A stretch of DNA of 64,000 nt from Bacilli bacterium (lineage in GTDB: Bacteria; Bacillota_I; Bacilli_A; RF39; UBA660): contig JAFQSD010000004.1 in NCBI GenBank assembly GCA_017409785.1, positions 48,663 to 112,662 of the forward strand. Direction: 5' to 3'. The notes under the pieces were generated by a model. That model was not told where the DNA came from and did not search any database. It saw nothing but the letters and a program-made list of their open reading frames with translations. Positions 63,188 to 64,000 of the stretch are shown here, one piece after another. Each line of letters begins with the position of its first letter. Position 1 is the stretch's first letter. The translations under genes were made by a program, and so were the position numbers.

Positions 63188-63480
63188 TATAATTAGAACC
63201 ATCACAAAACCAGTGCGAGGAAGAAGTAGAAAAGTAAAAGCATTTTAGAGAACTCTGTTAGGTGAAAAAGAGGATGTAATGACTTTTTGAACATGGCCCT
63301 CAAGGGTGAATGGCTGAAACTTTAGTAAGTCATTACAGGTGTGCCTGTTACAGCACAAGCCTATAACTATGCAAAAGACATAAGTAGGTTAGCGAGTTTA
63401 GTACAGTAATGCACTATTAAATAAGAGTGGTAGCGTGATATATATTCACCTCTTAGGATTTTTTCCTAAGAGGTTTTTTG
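63188..63480 (+). promoter_or_regulatory. T-box riboswitch leader (probable Met specifier) for metG
   Basis: -10 TATAAT at 63188-63193. AGAGA box (ttttagagaac). Stem I gtaatgact/agtcattac. Candidate specifier AUG at 63293-63295. T-box agaGTGGTAGCGTGat at about 63424-63438. Terminator acctcttagga-ttttt-tcctaagaggt plus T6. Confidence 0.8.
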
Positions 63481-63503
63481 TTTATAAGAAAGGAAGGGAT
63501 ACA

Positions 63504-64000
63504 ATGAAGAATATATTAATAGGAATATCTTGGCCATTTGCAAACGGAGATTTGCATATAGGCCATGCAGCAAGTAGTTTGCCAGGAGATGTTATCGCAA
63601 GATATCATCGATTAAAAGGAAATAATGTAATATTAGTATCAGGGAGTGATTGCCATGGCACTCCAATTGATGTTAAAGCATTACAAGAAAACAAAAGTGC
63701 CAAAGAAATAGTCGATCTTTGTCATGAAAATTTTACAAGAGACTGGAAAAATCTAGGAGTAAGTTTTGATCTCTATAACAGAACAGATGATGAATACCAT
63801 AAAAACTTTGTAAAAAAACAATTTAAAAAATATTATGAATATGGTTATCTTTATGAACAACAAGAAGAACAACTATTCTGTAGTCATTGTAATTTATTTT
63901 TAGCTGATCGTTACATAGTAGGAGTATGTCCGAAATGTGGTTCTAATATTAAAGGAGATGAATGTGAGAAATGTGGAAGTCTTTTAGAAATAAAAGATGT
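63504..64000 (+). CDS. metG: methionine--tRNA ligase, C-terminus outside the window
   Basis: It is not in the ORF track because it runs off the end. MKNILIGISWPFANGDLHIGHAASSLPGDVIARYHRLKGNNV (HIGH), GSDCHGTPI, and zinc knuckles CSHC...CPKCG...CEKCG. Confidence 0.9.
   Translation, partial: MKNILIGISWPFANGDLHIGHAASSLPGDVIARYHRLKGNNVILVSGSDCHGTPIDVKALQENKSAKEIVDLCHENFTRDWKNLGVSFDLYNRTDDEYHKNFVKKQFKKYYEYGYLYEQQEEQLFCSHCNLFLADRYIVGVCPKCGSNIKGDECEKCGSLLEIKD

Noticed and set aside
1-64000. Search by eye for CRISPR arrays, tRNA/rRNA genes, IS elements, integrases and prophage modules.
   Set aside because: I found no regularly spaced direct repeats, no tRNA-like GTTCGAATC/T-loop contexts, and no transposase, recombinase, terminase or capsid-like ORFs. 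The RhuM/Fic gene alone is not evidence of a mobile element. Eye-scanning can miss short or degenerate elements.

Overview
This is a very AT-rich bacterial chromosome segment using the standard genetic code. It has low-GC Gram-positive (Bacillota) hallmarks: AGGAGG-type RBSs, extended -10 promoters (TGnTATAAT) before most transcription units, T-box leaders, FemAB, CapEFG and a GH25 lysin. An Erysipelotrichia/Clostridia-like gut organism is my guess only. I count about 64 protein genes, nearly all on the + strand. The minus-strand blocks are 23701-24399, 25640-26086, 28389-33712 and a 25-codon sORF at 54337-54414.

Layout:
(i) 1-13.6 kb is a cell-surface polysaccharide locus. It holds a Wzy/ligase-like membrane protein, five glycosyltransferases including paralogous GT2s, the CapE/F/G UDP-L-FucNAc pathway and a Wzm/Wzt-type ABC exporter.
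(ii) 13.7-24.8 kb holds DagK-like kinase, FemAB, a TSCPD protein, a candidate sRNA, a RhuM/Fic/DOC protein, a PfkB-IMPase fusion, a CPC-type P-type ATPase, a GH25 muramidase, YlmH and an ASCH protein.
(iii) 24.9-28.4 kb holds two paralogous secreted proteins with SipW/TasA-like signal peptides flanking a lipoprotein and an NrtR-like regulator. One of their promoters carries a G8 tract in its spacer.
(iv) 28.4-41.7 kb holds an M16 peptidase pair, TrkA/TrkH, small hydrolases, CNNM, YbaK, two HExxH proteins, AdhE and an APH-like kinase.
(v) 41.8-52.3 kb is a poorly characterised island. It holds a small HNH nuclease, a long Prs-like protein, LysR, an N-terminally short RlmN/Cfr-like radical SAM enzyme with a Thr-rich 111-aa partner, three orphan proteins (171, 976 and 229 aa), a YpgQ-like HD hydrolase, a WYL regulator and a SIS-like protein.
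(vi) 52.3-54.5 kb holds an ABC exporter behind a leader-peptide/terminator attenuator, followed by a convergent type-I-toxin-like sORF.
(vii) 54.7-64 kb holds a DHH phosphoesterase, DUF362, NifS, a ferredoxin-thioredoxin-fold fusion, a small radical SAM protein, T-box-tyrS with a Tyr-rich uORF, an attenuator-like leader before pyrH, and T-box-metG cut by the window end.

I saw no rRNA, tRNA, CRISPR array, transposase or integrase. The best candidates for something new are the orphan/WYL island with the RlmN/Cfr-like pair (44.4-52.3 kb), the poly-G promoter of the secreted paralog, the type-I-toxin-like locus and the stacked regulatory leaders. All functional calls come from motif recognition by eye; no searches were run.
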